From an uncultured Verrucomicrobiae bacterium (GTDB lineage: Bacteria; Verrucomicrobiota; Verrucomicrobiia; Chthoniobacterales; JAFAMB01), in contig CAVXLD010000001.1 in NCBI GenBank assembly GCA_963762565.1, positions 352,001 to 416,000 on the forward strand: a stretch of 64,000 nt of DNA, read 5' to 3'. How positions within the stretch are numbered: position 1 is the first letter of the stretch; each line of letters opens with the position of its first letter. Under the pieces are notes generated by a model. The model did not search any database. It was not told where the DNA came from and worked only from the letters and a program-made list of their open reading frames with translations. Position numbers and translations under genes: made by a program. Of the stretch, positions 20,888-31,119 are shown in pieces.

Positions 20888-22647
20888 TCCCGCATGAGGC
20901 TCCGCCCGATTGCTCCAGGGCGCGGAACCCCACGTCCATGCGTTCCGGGCGGTGAGAGATAACGCCGAATCGGGGGCGCTGACAAGTCTCGACGATCTGA
21001 GTTAAAAATCTGTTCTGCCTGTGAAATTAGATAGTCAGCGGTCCTGGCCGCCAGCGCTTGAATCGTCAGTCCCGGATTGGCAGAGCCCTGAGTCGGCAAA
21101 ACGCTTCCATCGCAGATGAACAAATTGGAAATATCATGGGTGCGTCCGAAGCAGTCCACAACAGAGGCGGCCGGATCCCGACCCATCCGCGCACCCCCCA
21201 CCAAGTGCGCATACCTAGGCTCCTGAACGACCTCTTCAGCTCCCGCCGCCGACATGACTTCGACGACCTTGTTTTTGCCAAACTCGATCAATTTCTTGTC
21301 GTTCTCGTGGAGGTTGAAACTGACTCGAGCGACGGGTAATCCAAATTGGTCCTTTTCATCCGCGATGGTCACTCGATTGTCAGCCCACGGTAGAATCTCG
21401 CCTAACAGACCGAAGGCGGCCCAATGGTTATAATCCATCATGACCCGCCGCATCCCCCAGCCCCACACCTGCTTTGCTCCCATCATGTGTTTTGCAAACG
21501 AGATGGGAAGCGGTGAGACGCTCTGAATCGCAAAACCACGCGCGAAATCCCGACGACGATCGGTTTCATAAAATTCTTCCGTCATGGCGTGGGCCGGCGG
21601 AGCTTTGTACATGCGGATAGGTTCGCTAAAGCGGCCCAGAATCACATTTCCGGCCTGAGCCATCAGAAAAAGGCCCAGCGTGCCACTGGAGTTCGCGAGT
21701 CCAGTCTCAAATCCCGAACAAGCCGAGTTCAGCAAAAGGCGGGGCGTCTCGACGGCGTACCCTGCTACAATAACAACCTTTGCTCTCTGAAAATGTTCAC
21801 GGCCTTCTCTATCGTAATAAAGAACGCCTTGAACACGGCGATCTTTGCCAAGCTCGATACGGCCGACCATCGATCGATCCCGAATTTCGGCGCCGCTTTT
21901 TAGCGCATCGGGAACATGCGTTATCAGTGTGCTTGCTTTGGCCCCGACCTTACATCCTTGCAGGCAGTACCCGCGATAAATGCAATGTGGTCGTTCCCCC
22001 CGTGAACCACTGAGAATCGCTACGGGACCACCGATGCTGACTCCGATCCCTAACTTCGTGCACCCGCGGATTAACGCGTTTCCAACCCCGCCCATCGGAT
22101 GTGGCCCAAACGGGTATCCGTGCGGATCCCCCCATGGATACCAGGCTGGACCAGCGACCGGCATTTCCAGCTCGAGCAGCTCGTAGTACGGTTTTAGATC
22201 GCGATAGGTGATCGGCCAATCCGCTCCAACGCCGTCCTCCGAATAAACTCGAAAATCGGAGGGATGAAACCGCGGGGCGAAGCCCGCCCAGTGCACCGAA
22301 CCACCTCCCACGCCTTTACCGCTATTGTTAGCCCCCAACGACAATGGATTGGCGCCGTCAATAATTCTCAAATCCTCCCAATAGAGCTTGCGCGATCCCG
22401 CCTCGTCGCTCACCCAGTCTCGCTCCGTGTCCCAAAATGGACCCGCTTCAATACCAACTACTTTAAATCCCGCTCGCGCTAGTCTCTGAATCAAGACGCC
22501 TCCGGCGGCGCCTACTCCAATGACCAAAAAATCGACGGTTTCTCCCTCGGAATAGTGACACATGGTTCGATTGATCCGTTGCATCGAACCGAGACGGTGC
22601 CGTCCACCGGTTAGTCTCTTGAAAATTCCGCCAAACGGTCTTCTCAT
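20884..22647 (-). CDS. GMC family flavoprotein oxidoreductase with Cx5Cx3C Fe-S motif
   Basis: GVGAAGG FAD motif, VGGGS, CIYRGYCLQGC, catalytic-type His (AHLVG) and Asn (ANPGLT). Confidence 0.9.
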   Translation of the reverse strand: MRRPFGGIFKRLTGGRHRLGSMQRINRTMCHYSEGETVDFLVIGVGAAGGVLIQRLARAGFKVVGIEAGPFWDTERDWVSDEAGSRKLYWEDLRIIDGANPLSLGANNSGKGVGGGSVHWAGFAPRFHPSDFRVYSEDGVGADWPITYRDLKPYYELLELEMPVAGPAWYPWGDPHGYPFGPHPMGGVGNALIRGCTKLGIGVSIGGPVAILSGSRGERPHCIYRGYCLQGCKVGAKASTLITHVPDALKSGAEIRDRSMVGRIELGKDRRVQGVLYYDREGREHFQRAKVVIVAGYAVETPRLLLNSACSGFETGLANSSGTLGLFLMAQAGNVILGRFSEPIRMYKAPPAHAMTEEFYETDRRRDFARGFAIQSVSPLPISFAKHMMGAKQVWGWGMRRVMMDYNHWAAFGLLGEILPWADNRVTIADEKDQFGLPVARVSFNLHENDKKLIEFGKNKVVEVMSAAGAEEVVQEPRYAHLVGGARMGRDPAASVVDCFGRTHDISNLFICDGSVLPTQGSANPGLTIQALAARTADYLISQAEQIFNSDRRDLSAPPIRRYLSPPGTHGRGVPRPGAIGRSLMRE

Positions 22648-22681
22648 GGCGATTCTATTCTCATGAAGGAGGATACTGGGA

Positions 22682-23413
22682 TCATTTGCTTATGCCCTTT
22701 CGATCCGGATCGGACAATGCTTCGGAGGGAGCATCCCATTCGTAGCGCTGCTCCTCGACTTCCCAGTATTCCGGTTCCCCTCGCTCAAGGCGCATATAGG
22801 CACGCGGGTAGGCTGGACCGCCGAACCCAATCTCATCCCAGCTCCACGGATGAGCGTAGTAGACTTCCACACAGTCCTGAACTAACAGCGCCCAATATCG
22901 ATCGGCCGGCAAACGTTTCCAGACATCCTGAGCTGGCGTTGGTTTGCCATCATGAATTGACTTCAAGATTTCCTCTTGCTCACGCCAGCTGATCTCCAGA
23001 AACTTGTGACCGGATAACTTTTTCGCCATGGAATTGATCGCGCGCAGACCTAACTGATAAGCTTCTCCGTCCGGCGGCATGCTGGCAAAGCGAAACCCCG
23101 GGATTCGTTTTTCATAAAGACGCTGATCGATAAACGGCACGATCGGGATGCGGTGAGACACATCACGGTCGTCCTGGGGCAAAACATGGTCACAAATGCA
23201 TTCAAGGAGACCCGCCTCTTCGCTGGAGAAAAATCGAATGGCGGGTGGCGGCTCTAGCCTGCCCAGGACAATTTCTCGGGTGGCGGCATCCCAAAACCCT
23301 TGCTGACTTAGCGTGCTGTATCCCGGATAATAGCCCGGCTGAGTTCGCGGCGAAATCGGTTCTCCGGTCTGCGGATCTCTTAGAAGGCGGTCGCTGTTCC
23401 CGATTGTTCTCAC
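22682..23413 (-). CDS. Gluconate 2-dehydrogenase subunit 3-like protein
   Basis: YYAHP..W..IGFGGP motif; adjacent to GMC flavoprotein. Confidence 0.78.
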   Translation of the reverse strand: MRTIGNSDRLLRDPQTGEPISPRTQPGYYPGYSTLSQQGFWDAATREIVLGRLEPPPAIRFFSSEEAGLLECICDHVLPQDDRDVSHRIPIVPFIDQRLYEKRIPGFRFASMPPDGEAYQLGLRAINSMAKKLSGHKFLEISWREQEEILKSIHDGKPTPAQDVWKRLPADRYWALLVQDCVEVYYAHPWSWDEIGFGGPAYPRAYMRLERGEPEYWEVEEQRYEWDAPSEALSDPDRKGISK

Positions 23414-24414
23414 GTTGTCTCTCTCCGCATCAAGCTAGCAAGAAGTCCGACCACGCCACAGGCGGCAAACAGAAGCGGCGCAAACAGTGGTGGTCCATAG
23501 ATGATGTTATACAAAAGAGTTTTCCGGCCGCCCGGCCGGCGAAACACGCCGCGAGCGTGATAAAAAAAACCGACCGCGCCGTCCGCGATTGCGCAAACCG
23601 ACATCAGCGGCAACCACGTTCGCGCTGTTTTGGGATCACCTATCGCTCCGGCAGCGGCTCCCATCAGTAGCGGCGCGACAATCACCGGCGTCCATTGCGC
23701 TTTGTAACGAAAGTTATTCTTGTAATGCGAGTAGAGCGCTTCGAAACCGCTGAAAAATGTCCCTAACAGGGTGACAGTCGCTAAATGCTTTTGAAAACGA
23801 CCTTCGCGTAAGCCTGGCGTTCCCAAAATGGCGCGGCTAACTTCGGCATACGGCGACAGGCGTCTGAAAAGGCCTGCCTTCGACGACATCTCTTCCGGCC
23901 GCAGAAACGAGGCGATGAATCCGAGATAAGCGCTCACGCCGAAAAGGAGCGGAGCAAAGACCGGAGGCCCCATCACAATGTTAGCGACTGGCAACCGCCA
24001 CCCGCCCGGCTTCCGTTGAATCCCTCGCACATGGAACAAAAAGCCGATCAGGCTGTCCAAAAGGGTCAAGCCGGACACGAAACGGAGTACCGTCCGCGCA
24101 GCCCATCGATTCAAGAAGCCCCACACCCCGGCACCGGCCAGCGCGAAACTCAATATCACGGGCGTATACATAATACGCTGGCCATAGCTCCCTTTGTAAT
24201 GCTCGTAGGCCACTTCGACTCCAGCCAGAACGCTCGAAAGCCCTGACATCAGAGAGAGCGAGCGCTGAAAGCGACCTTCCCGAATGTGAGCGTCGATCCC
24301 GGTTAAATCACGCGCAAGGGTTGATGGTGATCGTTGCTTTGATTGTCTATCCCAGAAAGGGATCTGGCTATGCGATCCTGTGGGCTTCGCGGAAGTCAAT
24401 ATTCTAAGTCCCAT
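23410..24414 (-). CDS. Internally duplicated integral membrane protein of unknown function
   Basis: Two homologous halves: REGRFQ...xHYK...TPV...HxRG...GPPxFAP. Confidence 0.8.
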   Translation of the reverse strand: MGLRILTSAKPTGSHSQIPFWDRQSKQRSPSTLARDLTGIDAHIREGRFQRSLSLMSGLSSVLAGVEVAYEHYKGSYGQRIMYTPVILSFALAGAGVWGFLNRWAARTVLRFVSGLTLLDSLIGFLFHVRGIQRKPGGWRLPVANIVMGPPVFAPLLFGVSAYLGFIASFLRPEEMSSKAGLFRRLSPYAEVSRAILGTPGLREGRFQKHLATVTLLGTFFSGFEALYSHYKNNFRYKAQWTPVIVAPLLMGAAAGAIGDPKTARTWLPLMSVCAIADGAVGFFYHARGVFRRPGGRKTLLYNIIYGPPLFAPLLFAACGVVGLLASLMRRETT

Positions 24415-24446
24415 TCACTGGCTCCATGTGTGCGTCTCCCCAGCTT

Positions 24447-25541
24447 TTAAAAATGCTGCCGGTATCGTTCTGCGTCAGCTCGACGAAACGTAACTCCTAG
24501 TCCTGGTCTTGAAAGATCAGGCTTCAACGAACCGTTGGCCGGTTCGGGAAACCCTTCGAAAAACATTCGCTCGATCCGAACGTGGTCATGAAAATATTCG
24601 GCGTGCCGAAAAGGCAGAACGGCGCATCCAGGGTGCAAATGTAGTAGGGGCGCACAATGTGAAGATAAGGGAATGCACCACGATTCACAAAGCGCTGCTA
24701 CTTTCAGAAAGCCACTGATTCCGCAACAACGGGTTGCATCTGCCATGACGACGTCGACGGCGCCTGATGCGATCATTTCCCGGAAATAGGGAAGGTCAAA
24801 GCCATATTCACCATCCGCGATGTCCATATGAGCTGGACTTCGCTGTCTTAGAAAGCGCATCCCGCTTCGATCCTCCGGTGCGAGAGGCTGTTCCATCCAA
24901 CGTACGTCGAATTCCTCAGCGAAACGCTGAATATAGTACAACGCAGTTTTTCGATCGTAGGCGCTGTTCGCATCGACGAATAGCTCCGCTCGATTACCGA
25001 TTGTCCGCCGAGCTAGAGCGACCCGCTTTAAATCCATGCCGGGCTCGCGTCCCACTTTCATCTTTACTCTTGGAATCCCTTGCTCTACCCAATCGCCGAA
25101 CTGCTGCTCTAACTGTTTTTCACTGTAGGAGGTAAAACCTCCGCTCCCATAGATTGGCGCTTCCGCACGCACCCCTCCTAACAGACTGACCAACGGCAGC
25201 TCTAATAGCTTCGCCTTTAAGTCCCATAACGCATTGTCGAGCGCCGAGATCCCCATGGCGGCCATTCCCGTTTGACCAAGGTTTCGCACCTGACGGATCA
25301 TTTCCGTCCATAGAGATACGATATTCATTGGGTCGGCCTCCTCCACTAACGGTACGAGAATGTTTCGCACAAAGGCGGCGGTGCTGACGTCCGCATAGGT
25401 ATAGCCCAGGCCGGTGATCCCTCCGGCAGCCCGGGCCTCCACCAAAACCATCGTCGTCTTGTCCCACGTCAGCGTCCCGTCTGATTCCGGAGCATCGGTT
25501 GGGACCGTGTACGCGGAAACGAAGACCTCCTCAATTTTCAT
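24447..25541 (-). CDS. Mandelate racemase/muconate lactonizing (enolase superfamily) enzyme
   Basis: KMK, VDAN, MEQP, DGEY metal-ligand pattern; HC motif. Confidence 0.9.
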   Translation of the reverse strand: MKIEEVFVSAYTVPTDAPESDGTLTWDKTTMVLVEARAAGGITGLGYTYADVSTAAFVRNILVPLVEEADPMNIVSLWTEMIRQVRNLGQTGMAAMGISALDNALWDLKAKLLELPLVSLLGGVRAEAPIYGSGGFTSYSEKQLEQQFGDWVEQGIPRVKMKVGREPGMDLKRVALARRTIGNRAELFVDANSAYDRKTALYYIQRFAEEFDVRWMEQPLAPEDRSGMRFLRQRSPAHMDIADGEYGFDLPYFREMIASGAVDVVMADATRCCGISGFLKVAALCESWCIPLSSHCAPLLHLHPGCAVLPFRHAEYFHDHVRIERMFFEGFPEPANGSLKPDLSRPGLGVTFRRADAERYRQHF

Positions 25542-25582
25542 TTTATCTTCAACACGCCGTCTTTAATTAAGGAGTCGATAGC

Positions 25583-27373
25583 TTAAGGTTTCTGCGGAAG
25601 AAGGGTTGCAACCGCGTCTTTAATCGTTTGCTTGATAATTCCTCCCTCTTCAGGATCGCCTTTCAGTAGTGCAGAGGAATAGGCAGCAGCCTGCTTGAGG
25701 GTGATGTGGGGTGGGAGCGGCGGTACGTTTGGATCTGTGTACGCCTCAAGGACAACGGGCCGATCAGCTGAGAGCGCCTCTTCCCAGGCCGGAGCTATCT
25801 CGTTGGGCTTGTCAACGCGAATCCCACGCAGCCCGAGTAACTCAGCGTAGCGGGCAAAGGGAAAGTCTGGAATATCCTGCGAGGCTTCGTACTTCGGATC
25901 GCCCTCCATTACTCTCTGTTCCCAGGTCACCTGGTTAAGATCGCGGTTGTTCAAAACCAGAACGACTAAACGGGGATCACTCCATTCTTTCCAGTACTTG
26001 CTGATCGTGATCAACTCGTTATTGCCAAGCATCTGCATCGCTCCATCGCCAACCAACGCAATTGCCACGCGGTTGGGAAAAGCGAACTTCGCAGCAATCG
26101 CGTAGGGCACCCCGGGACACATCGTAGCGAGATTCCCAGAAAGGGATGCGAGCATCCCACGTCGAATTTTCAGATCGCGGGCAAACCAATTGGCCGCGGA
26201 CCCTGAATCACTAGTAATGATGCAGTTGTCAGGCAGACGAGGCGATAGTTCCCAAAATACCCGTTGCGGATTGATCGGGTCGGCCTCTTGCATCGCCCGG
26301 GCTTCCAGCACCTTCCACCATTCGACGATTTCTTTTTCGAGGCTCTTTCGCCAGGACCTGTCTTTCTTGCGCACAAGCAAAGGAATTAAAGCGCGCAATG
26401 TCTCGGCACTGTCCCCCATTAAATTAACCTCCATTGGATACCGGATACTGAGCATCCGCCCATCAAGGTCAATTTGTACTCCCCGGGCTTGACCCTCCTT
26501 TGGCAAAAACTCCGAGTAAGGAAAGCTCGAGCCGACCATTAGCAGCGTGTCGCAATGAGTCATCATTTCCCAGCTGGGTTTTGTGCCAAGTAATCCGATA
26601 GCGCCCGTCACAAAGGGCAGATCGTCTGGCAACACGGCTTTCCCAAGCAGTGCTTTCGCAACTCCTGCGCCCAGCAAATCGGCGACCTCTACGACCTCAT
26701 TGACCGCCCCTAAAGCTCCGGCGCCGATCAGCATCGCCACCCTTTCTCCGGAGTTAAGAACCTCCGCAGCGCGCTTCAGATCGCGATCGGTCGGCACGGT
26801 TCGCGGTGTGGTGAATCCAACCCCGGAATGGACGGTGCCATGTGCGCGAGGAGGCATTTCAACGGCATCGAGCTCCTGCACGTCATTGGGAATGATGATG
26901 CAGGTGACCGTTCGCTCAACCTTGGCGATCCTCACTGCCCGGTCGACCAGATGTCGGATCTGGGCTGGATGCGATGCCATTTGGATGTATTCCCGCGCAA
27001 CATCTTTAAAAAGGGAAACCAGATCGATCTCCTGTTGATAGTTACCACCTAAGGCCGCGCGAGACTGCTGACCAACGATCGCAACCACAGATTGATGATC
27101 GAGTTGCGCATCATAGAGACCATTGAGCAGGTGCACTGCGCCCGGGCCCGACGTTGCTAGGCACACTCCCACTTCGCCGGTAAATTTGGCATGCGCACAC
27201 GCCATGAAAGCCGCCATCTCCTCATGGCGGACCTGGACGAAGTCGATCAGATCGCCCGCACGATCAAACGCGCCGACGATCCCATTGATCCCGTCTCCCG
27301 GAAATCCGTAGATCCGTTTTATTCCCCACTCCGAGAGTCGTTTCAGTAAAAAATCGCTGACTTTATCCTTCAT
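25583..27373 (-). CDS. Thiamine pyrophosphate-dependent enzyme (pyruvate oxidase-like)
   Basis: RHEEMAAF, TSGPG, GDGAMQM...NN TPP-binding motif. Confidence 0.92.
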   Translation of the reverse strand: MKDKVSDFLLKRLSEWGIKRIYGFPGDGINGIVGAFDRAGDLIDFVQVRHEEMAAFMACAHAKFTGEVGVCLATSGPGAVHLLNGLYDAQLDHQSVVAIVGQQSRAALGGNYQQEIDLVSLFKDVAREYIQMASHPAQIRHLVDRAVRIAKVERTVTCIIIPNDVQELDAVEMPPRAHGTVHSGVGFTTPRTVPTDRDLKRAAEVLNSGERVAMLIGAGALGAVNEVVEVADLLGAGVAKALLGKAVLPDDLPFVTGAIGLLGTKPSWEMMTHCDTLLMVGSSFPYSEFLPKEGQARGVQIDLDGRMLSIRYPMEVNLMGDSAETLRALIPLLVRKKDRSWRKSLEKEIVEWWKVLEARAMQEADPINPQRVFWELSPRLPDNCIITSDSGSAANWFARDLKIRRGMLASLSGNLATMCPGVPYAIAAKFAFPNRVAIALVGDGAMQMLGNNELITISKYWKEWSDPRLVVLVLNNRDLNQVTWEQRVMEGDPKYEASQDIPDFPFARYAELLGLRGIRVDKPNEIAPAWEEALSADRPVVLEAYTDPNVPPLPPHITLKQAAAYSSALLKGDPEEGGIIKQTIKDAVATLLPQKP

Positions 27374-27400
27374 TTTTGGCTGCGGGTATTGTTGTTTTCT

Positions 27401-27796
27401 TTATTGAGAGGCCACCGGGTTGCCGCTCGGGTAAGCAATGGTGGTCATCAAAGCGTTTTCGCTTTGCCTCGAATCCAAGCGGGTGTGCTGGACAACGACC
27501 GGCTGGTCCGACTCAAGCAAACTTGCATAGGAGGTCCCCACTGGAATTGCTTCCGGGTCCCTAAGATCGTTAAAACGAAAGTGCCGGGTTCGTCTGGCGG
27601 GCACCGTCAATCGATAAGGCCCTACCGGCTCACGATCGGCGTAAAAGATGGTGAGATCGATGTGCGCGTCATCATTCCCAGCGTTGAGAACGCAAAAAGC
27701 CTCATGACTGGTAAATTCGGGGCTCTTTCCGTGGCTGCGAGGAGGAATATAGCCTTCGGGAATCACCCAACGTCTCTGGCCGATCGCGTTCTCCAT
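27401..27796 (-). CDS. Sensory rhodopsin transducer (ASRT) family protein
   Basis: WVIPEGY, SHEAFCVLN, QHTRLD, ALMTTIAY motifs. Confidence 0.82.
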   Translation of the reverse strand: MENAIGQRRWVIPEGYIPPRSHGKSPEFTSHEAFCVLNAGNDDAHIDLTIFYADREPVGPYRLTVPARRTRHFRFNDLRDPEAIPVGTSYASLLESDQPVVVQHTRLDSRQSENALMTTIAYPSGNPVASQ

Positions 27797-28162
27797 CAAC
27801 ATCCTTTTGCACGAACTGAGATCCTTGGATTGAGCTGAGCTGGTTTCGCTCTGCAGTTTTTGACCGTGAACTCTTTTCTCTCAGTTCCACTGATGTTCGC
27901 CGAACACCTTCCTTGAGGTCTTATTGAGGTGGTAACAGAGCCTCGTTTTTTAAAAGAAAGTGAAACTGTGGCCTTCGGGACGGCCCCATTTTTATGAGGT
28001 TTTTGCGCCACGCTGATCAAGCAGCGAAGAGTCCGATTGGAATCAATTCGCAGTAGACGCTCTGGGCTTCGAGGTGCCGATTAAGGGGCCACATCTAGAT
28101 CCTCAACACAATCTGGAATGATGTACCGAAGATAGATCTGACCCGACTTGGCTCCCATTAAG

Positions 28163-29197
28163 CTATTTCAGGCACTCCTCGATTTCCGAGAGCTCGCCAT
28201 CAGTTAACGGGGGAAACGCAAGGCCGGCATGCAGTTCTTCAACTTGGCCCGGGCGACTGGCTCCGATAAGGACCGAAGTAATTTGCGGTTGGCGCAAGAT
28301 CCAGGTTACCGCCAGTTGAGCCAGACTTTGGCTACGTTGCCGGGCTACCGCAGCCAGTTTCCGGGCGCGTTCAACCACCTCTTGGCTAACATTCGACGGT
28401 TTCAAGAACCGGCCGGCCTTCCCCGCTCGCGAATCGGCCGGGACCCCGTCTAAATATCGCTCGGTGAGAAGACCCTGAGCTAAAGGGGAAAAAACGATAC
28501 AACCGATCCCTTCCTCTGTCAGCACCCCAAGCAGACCTTCCTCGATGTGGCGATCGAACATATTGTATCGAGGCTGGTGGAGAAGACAGGGCGTACCTAA
28601 AGCGCGCAAGATCTTTGAAGACTCGCGGGTTTGTTCGGGAGAATAATTGGAGATCCCGACATAGAGGGCTTTGCCGCTGCGAACGATCTGGTCGAGCGCT
28701 CCCATGGTTTCTTCCAGCGGCGTCTCCGGGTCAGGGCGATGCGAATAGAAGACATCCACGTAATCCAGCCCCATTCGCTTGAGGCTTTGGTCCAAGCTCG
28801 CGATTAAATATTTTCGGGAGCCCCACTCCCCGTACGGACCGGGCCACATATCGTAGCCGGCTTTCGTGGAGATCACCATCTCGTCCCGATACGCCTTGAA
28901 ATCGGCGGCAAAGATTTGACCAAAGGTGCGTTCGGCAGCGCCTTGAGGAGGGCCATAATTGTTGGCCAGATCGAAATGGGTGATACCGAGGTCGAAAGAG
29001 CGCCGTAGAACGGCGTGGCTGTTAGCGATCGGATCGGCATCGCCGAAATTCTGCCAAAGCCCAATAGAGATTGAAGGCAACAACAACCCGCTCCGGCCTG
29101 CCCGCCGAAAGGCCATCCGATCGTAGCGGGCGGTCGAGGCGACATAGGTCGTGGGTAGTTGCGGAGCCGTTGGTGATAAGAAGCGCTGGGGTATCAT
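28163..29197 (-). CDS. gpr: Aldo/keto reductase, L-glyceraldehyde-3-phosphate reductase (YghZ) type
   Basis: GLWQNFG, DLANNYGPP, STKAGYDMWPGPYG motifs; exact start uncertain. Confidence 0.85.
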   Translation of the reverse strand: MIPQRFLSPTAPQLPTTYVASTARYDRMAFRRAGRSGLLLPSISIGLWQNFGDADPIANSHAVLRRSFDLGITHFDLANNYGPPQGAAERTFGQIFAADFKAYRDEMVISTKAGYDMWPGPYGEWGSRKYLIASLDQSLKRMGLDYVDVFYSHRPDPETPLEETMGALDQIVRSGKALYVGISNYSPEQTRESSKILRALGTPCLLHQPRYNMFDRHIEEGLLGVLTEEGIGCIVFSPLAQGLLTERYLDGVPADSRAGKAGRFLKPSNVSQEVVERARKLAAVARQRSQSLAQLAVTWILRQPQITSVLIGASRPGQVEELHAGLAFPPLTDGELSEIEECLK

Positions 29198-29295
29198 GAG
29201 TAGCAGAAATCTCACGCCAAGACGCAAAGACGCAAAGGAGAAGAGTAAGAAAGCGGTGCCCGCAATTTACGTCCTTTACGTTGAAAGATCTGCCT

Positions 29296-29325
29296 CCTGT
29301 CGCGCCATAGCGAAGCGGCGGCGGA
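29296..29325. repeat. 30-bp palindromic REP-like unit
   Basis: CCTGTCGCGCCATAGCGAAGCGGCGGCGGA; 28/30 identical to the reverse complement of 62491-62520. Confidence 0.75.
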
Positions 29326-29328
29326 TCG

Positions 29329-29562
29329 CTAGAACGCACCGATATAACCGGCGAACCCGACCCCAACGGCCGCCACTAGCATGGCCAGGATGCCCAGGTA
29401 CATGGTCCAATAGATCCGATTCCCCCGCTCCAGCGCGTTAGTGCTCTCCAACAGGTCTCTGATCGGACTAACGGTTGGCAGTACTTCTGTAAGTGGTTTT
29501 AAAACAACGACTTTTGTCAACAAGTCTGACGAAATTTTTTGCATGGTTGCGTTCTCTACCAA
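29329..29562 (-). CDS. Small hypothetical membrane protein
   Basis: C-terminal hydrophobic helix. Confidence 0.45.
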   Translation of the reverse strand: MVENATMQKISSDLLTKVVVLKPLTEVLPTVSPIRDLLESTNALERGNRIYWTMYLGILAMLVAAVGVGFAGYIGAF

Positions 29563-29665
29563 GAGGACGAACTCGCACCCTCTGCTTGCAACAAATCATC
29601 AAGGCTTGAAACATTTAGCCGCCGGTTCCAGCCCCACCACGAGGATCAGCACGTGGCTAACGTAT

Positions 29666-30772
29666 TTACGGGATTCTCAGAAAACCGTGATCGGCACCAT
29701 TGGAATCTATATAATATCCGCTGAGATCGCCTTCGAAGTTGAGACCGCCCGGAATAGTGCCCTGACCACTGCCCGTGCCTGCACCCGGTACGTCAAAGGT
29801 GGTGATGGAACCGTTCGGGTCGCGAATAAATCCGTGCGATACGCCGTTCGAATCGATATAGGGGCCCGAAACTACTCCCTTTAAATTGAAGACCTCAGGC
29901 AGCGTGCCTTGCCCCGCTGCTGTGCCGGCGCCGGGAACATCGAACTCGGTGATGCTGCCATCGGGAAAACGGATGTAGCCGTGACTGGCGCTATTCGAAT
30001 CATAGTACGGGCCAGGAATAAAGTACGCATCGTTGATGCCATCGGTATCTGTGCCTTGGAAGGGACCAGTACCCGCGCCAGGGGCGTCGATTACGACGAA
30101 GGTGCCGTCAGGTTGCCGAAAATGGCCGTGCAACACATTCTGATCATCGATTATGGCGCCGGCAATCGCACCCTCCACATTCAGGCCGGTGCCCGCTGCC
30201 GTGCCGGTACCCTGACCCGATCCCGTCCCCGCGCCTGGACCCTCGAAGCTCGTGAACGATCCAAAGGGCGACCGCAGAAATCCGTGTGCTCGCCCGCCCG
30301 AGTCGAAGTAATATCCGCCGATCTCTCCCCAGAGATTAATGTTGTAAGAAAGCGTCCCTATGTTACCTGCGCCGGTAGCCGCCCCCGGGGCATCGAAGGT
30401 GGTGACACTGCCATCGGCGGTGCGGATGAAACCATGGTTGACGCTGTTCGAGTCGAGGTAAACACCCGTTATCGTGCCGAAGACATTGATGCTGACCGGC
30501 TCTGTGCCTTGGCCAGTGCCGGTTCCCGCTCCGGAGACGTCGAACGTCGTGTAGTGTCCCGATCTGCTACGAATGAATCCGTGGGCGACGCCGCTAGAGT
30601 CAACGTAGTTTCCGAAAATCACGCGGGAGTCGGTCACGTTCTGTGGAAAGGTTCCTTGGCCTTTGCCAGTACCGGCCCCTGGTGCATCAATGGCGATATA
30701 CGTCTGTGCGTGGGCGATACCCATCGCCAGAAGGGAGATAAACCCTGGCATCCATAGTTGCTTTCGGTTCAT
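29666..30772 (-). CDS. Secreted seven-repeat beta-propeller-like protein (HAF-repeat-like)
   Basis: Signal peptide ending AHA; seven ~49-aa repeats FDxPGAGTGxGQGT...G.Y.D....HGF.R. Confidence 0.8.
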   Translation of the reverse strand: MNRKQLWMPGFISLLAMGIAHAQTYIAIDAPGAGTGKGQGTFPQNVTDSRVIFGNYVDSSGVAHGFIRSRSGHYTTFDVSGAGTGTGQGTEPVSINVFGTITGVYLDSNSVNHGFIRTADGSVTTFDAPGAATGAGNIGTLSYNINLWGEIGGYYFDSGGRAHGFLRSPFGSFTSFEGPGAGTGSGQGTGTAAGTGLNVEGAIAGAIIDDQNVLHGHFRQPDGTFVVIDAPGAGTGPFQGTDTDGINDAYFIPGPYYDSNSASHGYIRFPDGSITEFDVPGAGTAAGQGTLPEVFNLKGVVSGPYIDSNGVSHGFIRDPNGSITTFDVPGAGTGSGQGTIPGGLNFEGDLSGYYIDSNGADHGFLRIP

Positions 30773-31119
30773 TGCATCCTCTCGATCTAAATTCGGTTAG
30801 AATGGTTTAATGGAGCTAGACGAATCTTGATTGGTACAGCAACCCTTCGCTCGAGGGCATAACCACTTCGATTCAAAATGACATGACCATTTTGGGTTTA
30901 AGCAGGGTCGAATCGAGCCCGGGTGAGGTCCCCGAACCAGACTTTTTGAACAGGAGCAAGCAGAGGGCCTCTGTTGTCTCCCTTAGCTCCTGGTAAGATT
31001 TTTTCCCAAGGACCGGGCAGTTGTCCTAAATGCGCGATGTCATTCGTCGGAGAATGAGGTGAAAATAAGAGCCGGCACCCCCCGCTGTTTACGACGCCTC
31101 CCAATCACTTCTCCATCCT

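Noticed and set aside
29211..29240. Short oligomer repeats (ACGCAAAG type; similar stretches near 12192, 30946, 38075, 47915)
   Set aside because: Too short and degenerate to define as elements individually; probably remnants of further REP-like families
29909..30757. 282-aa ORF antisense to the propeller gene (likewise 13923-14612 and 46485-47258)
   Set aside because: Shadow ORFs of well-supported genes with no motifs of their own
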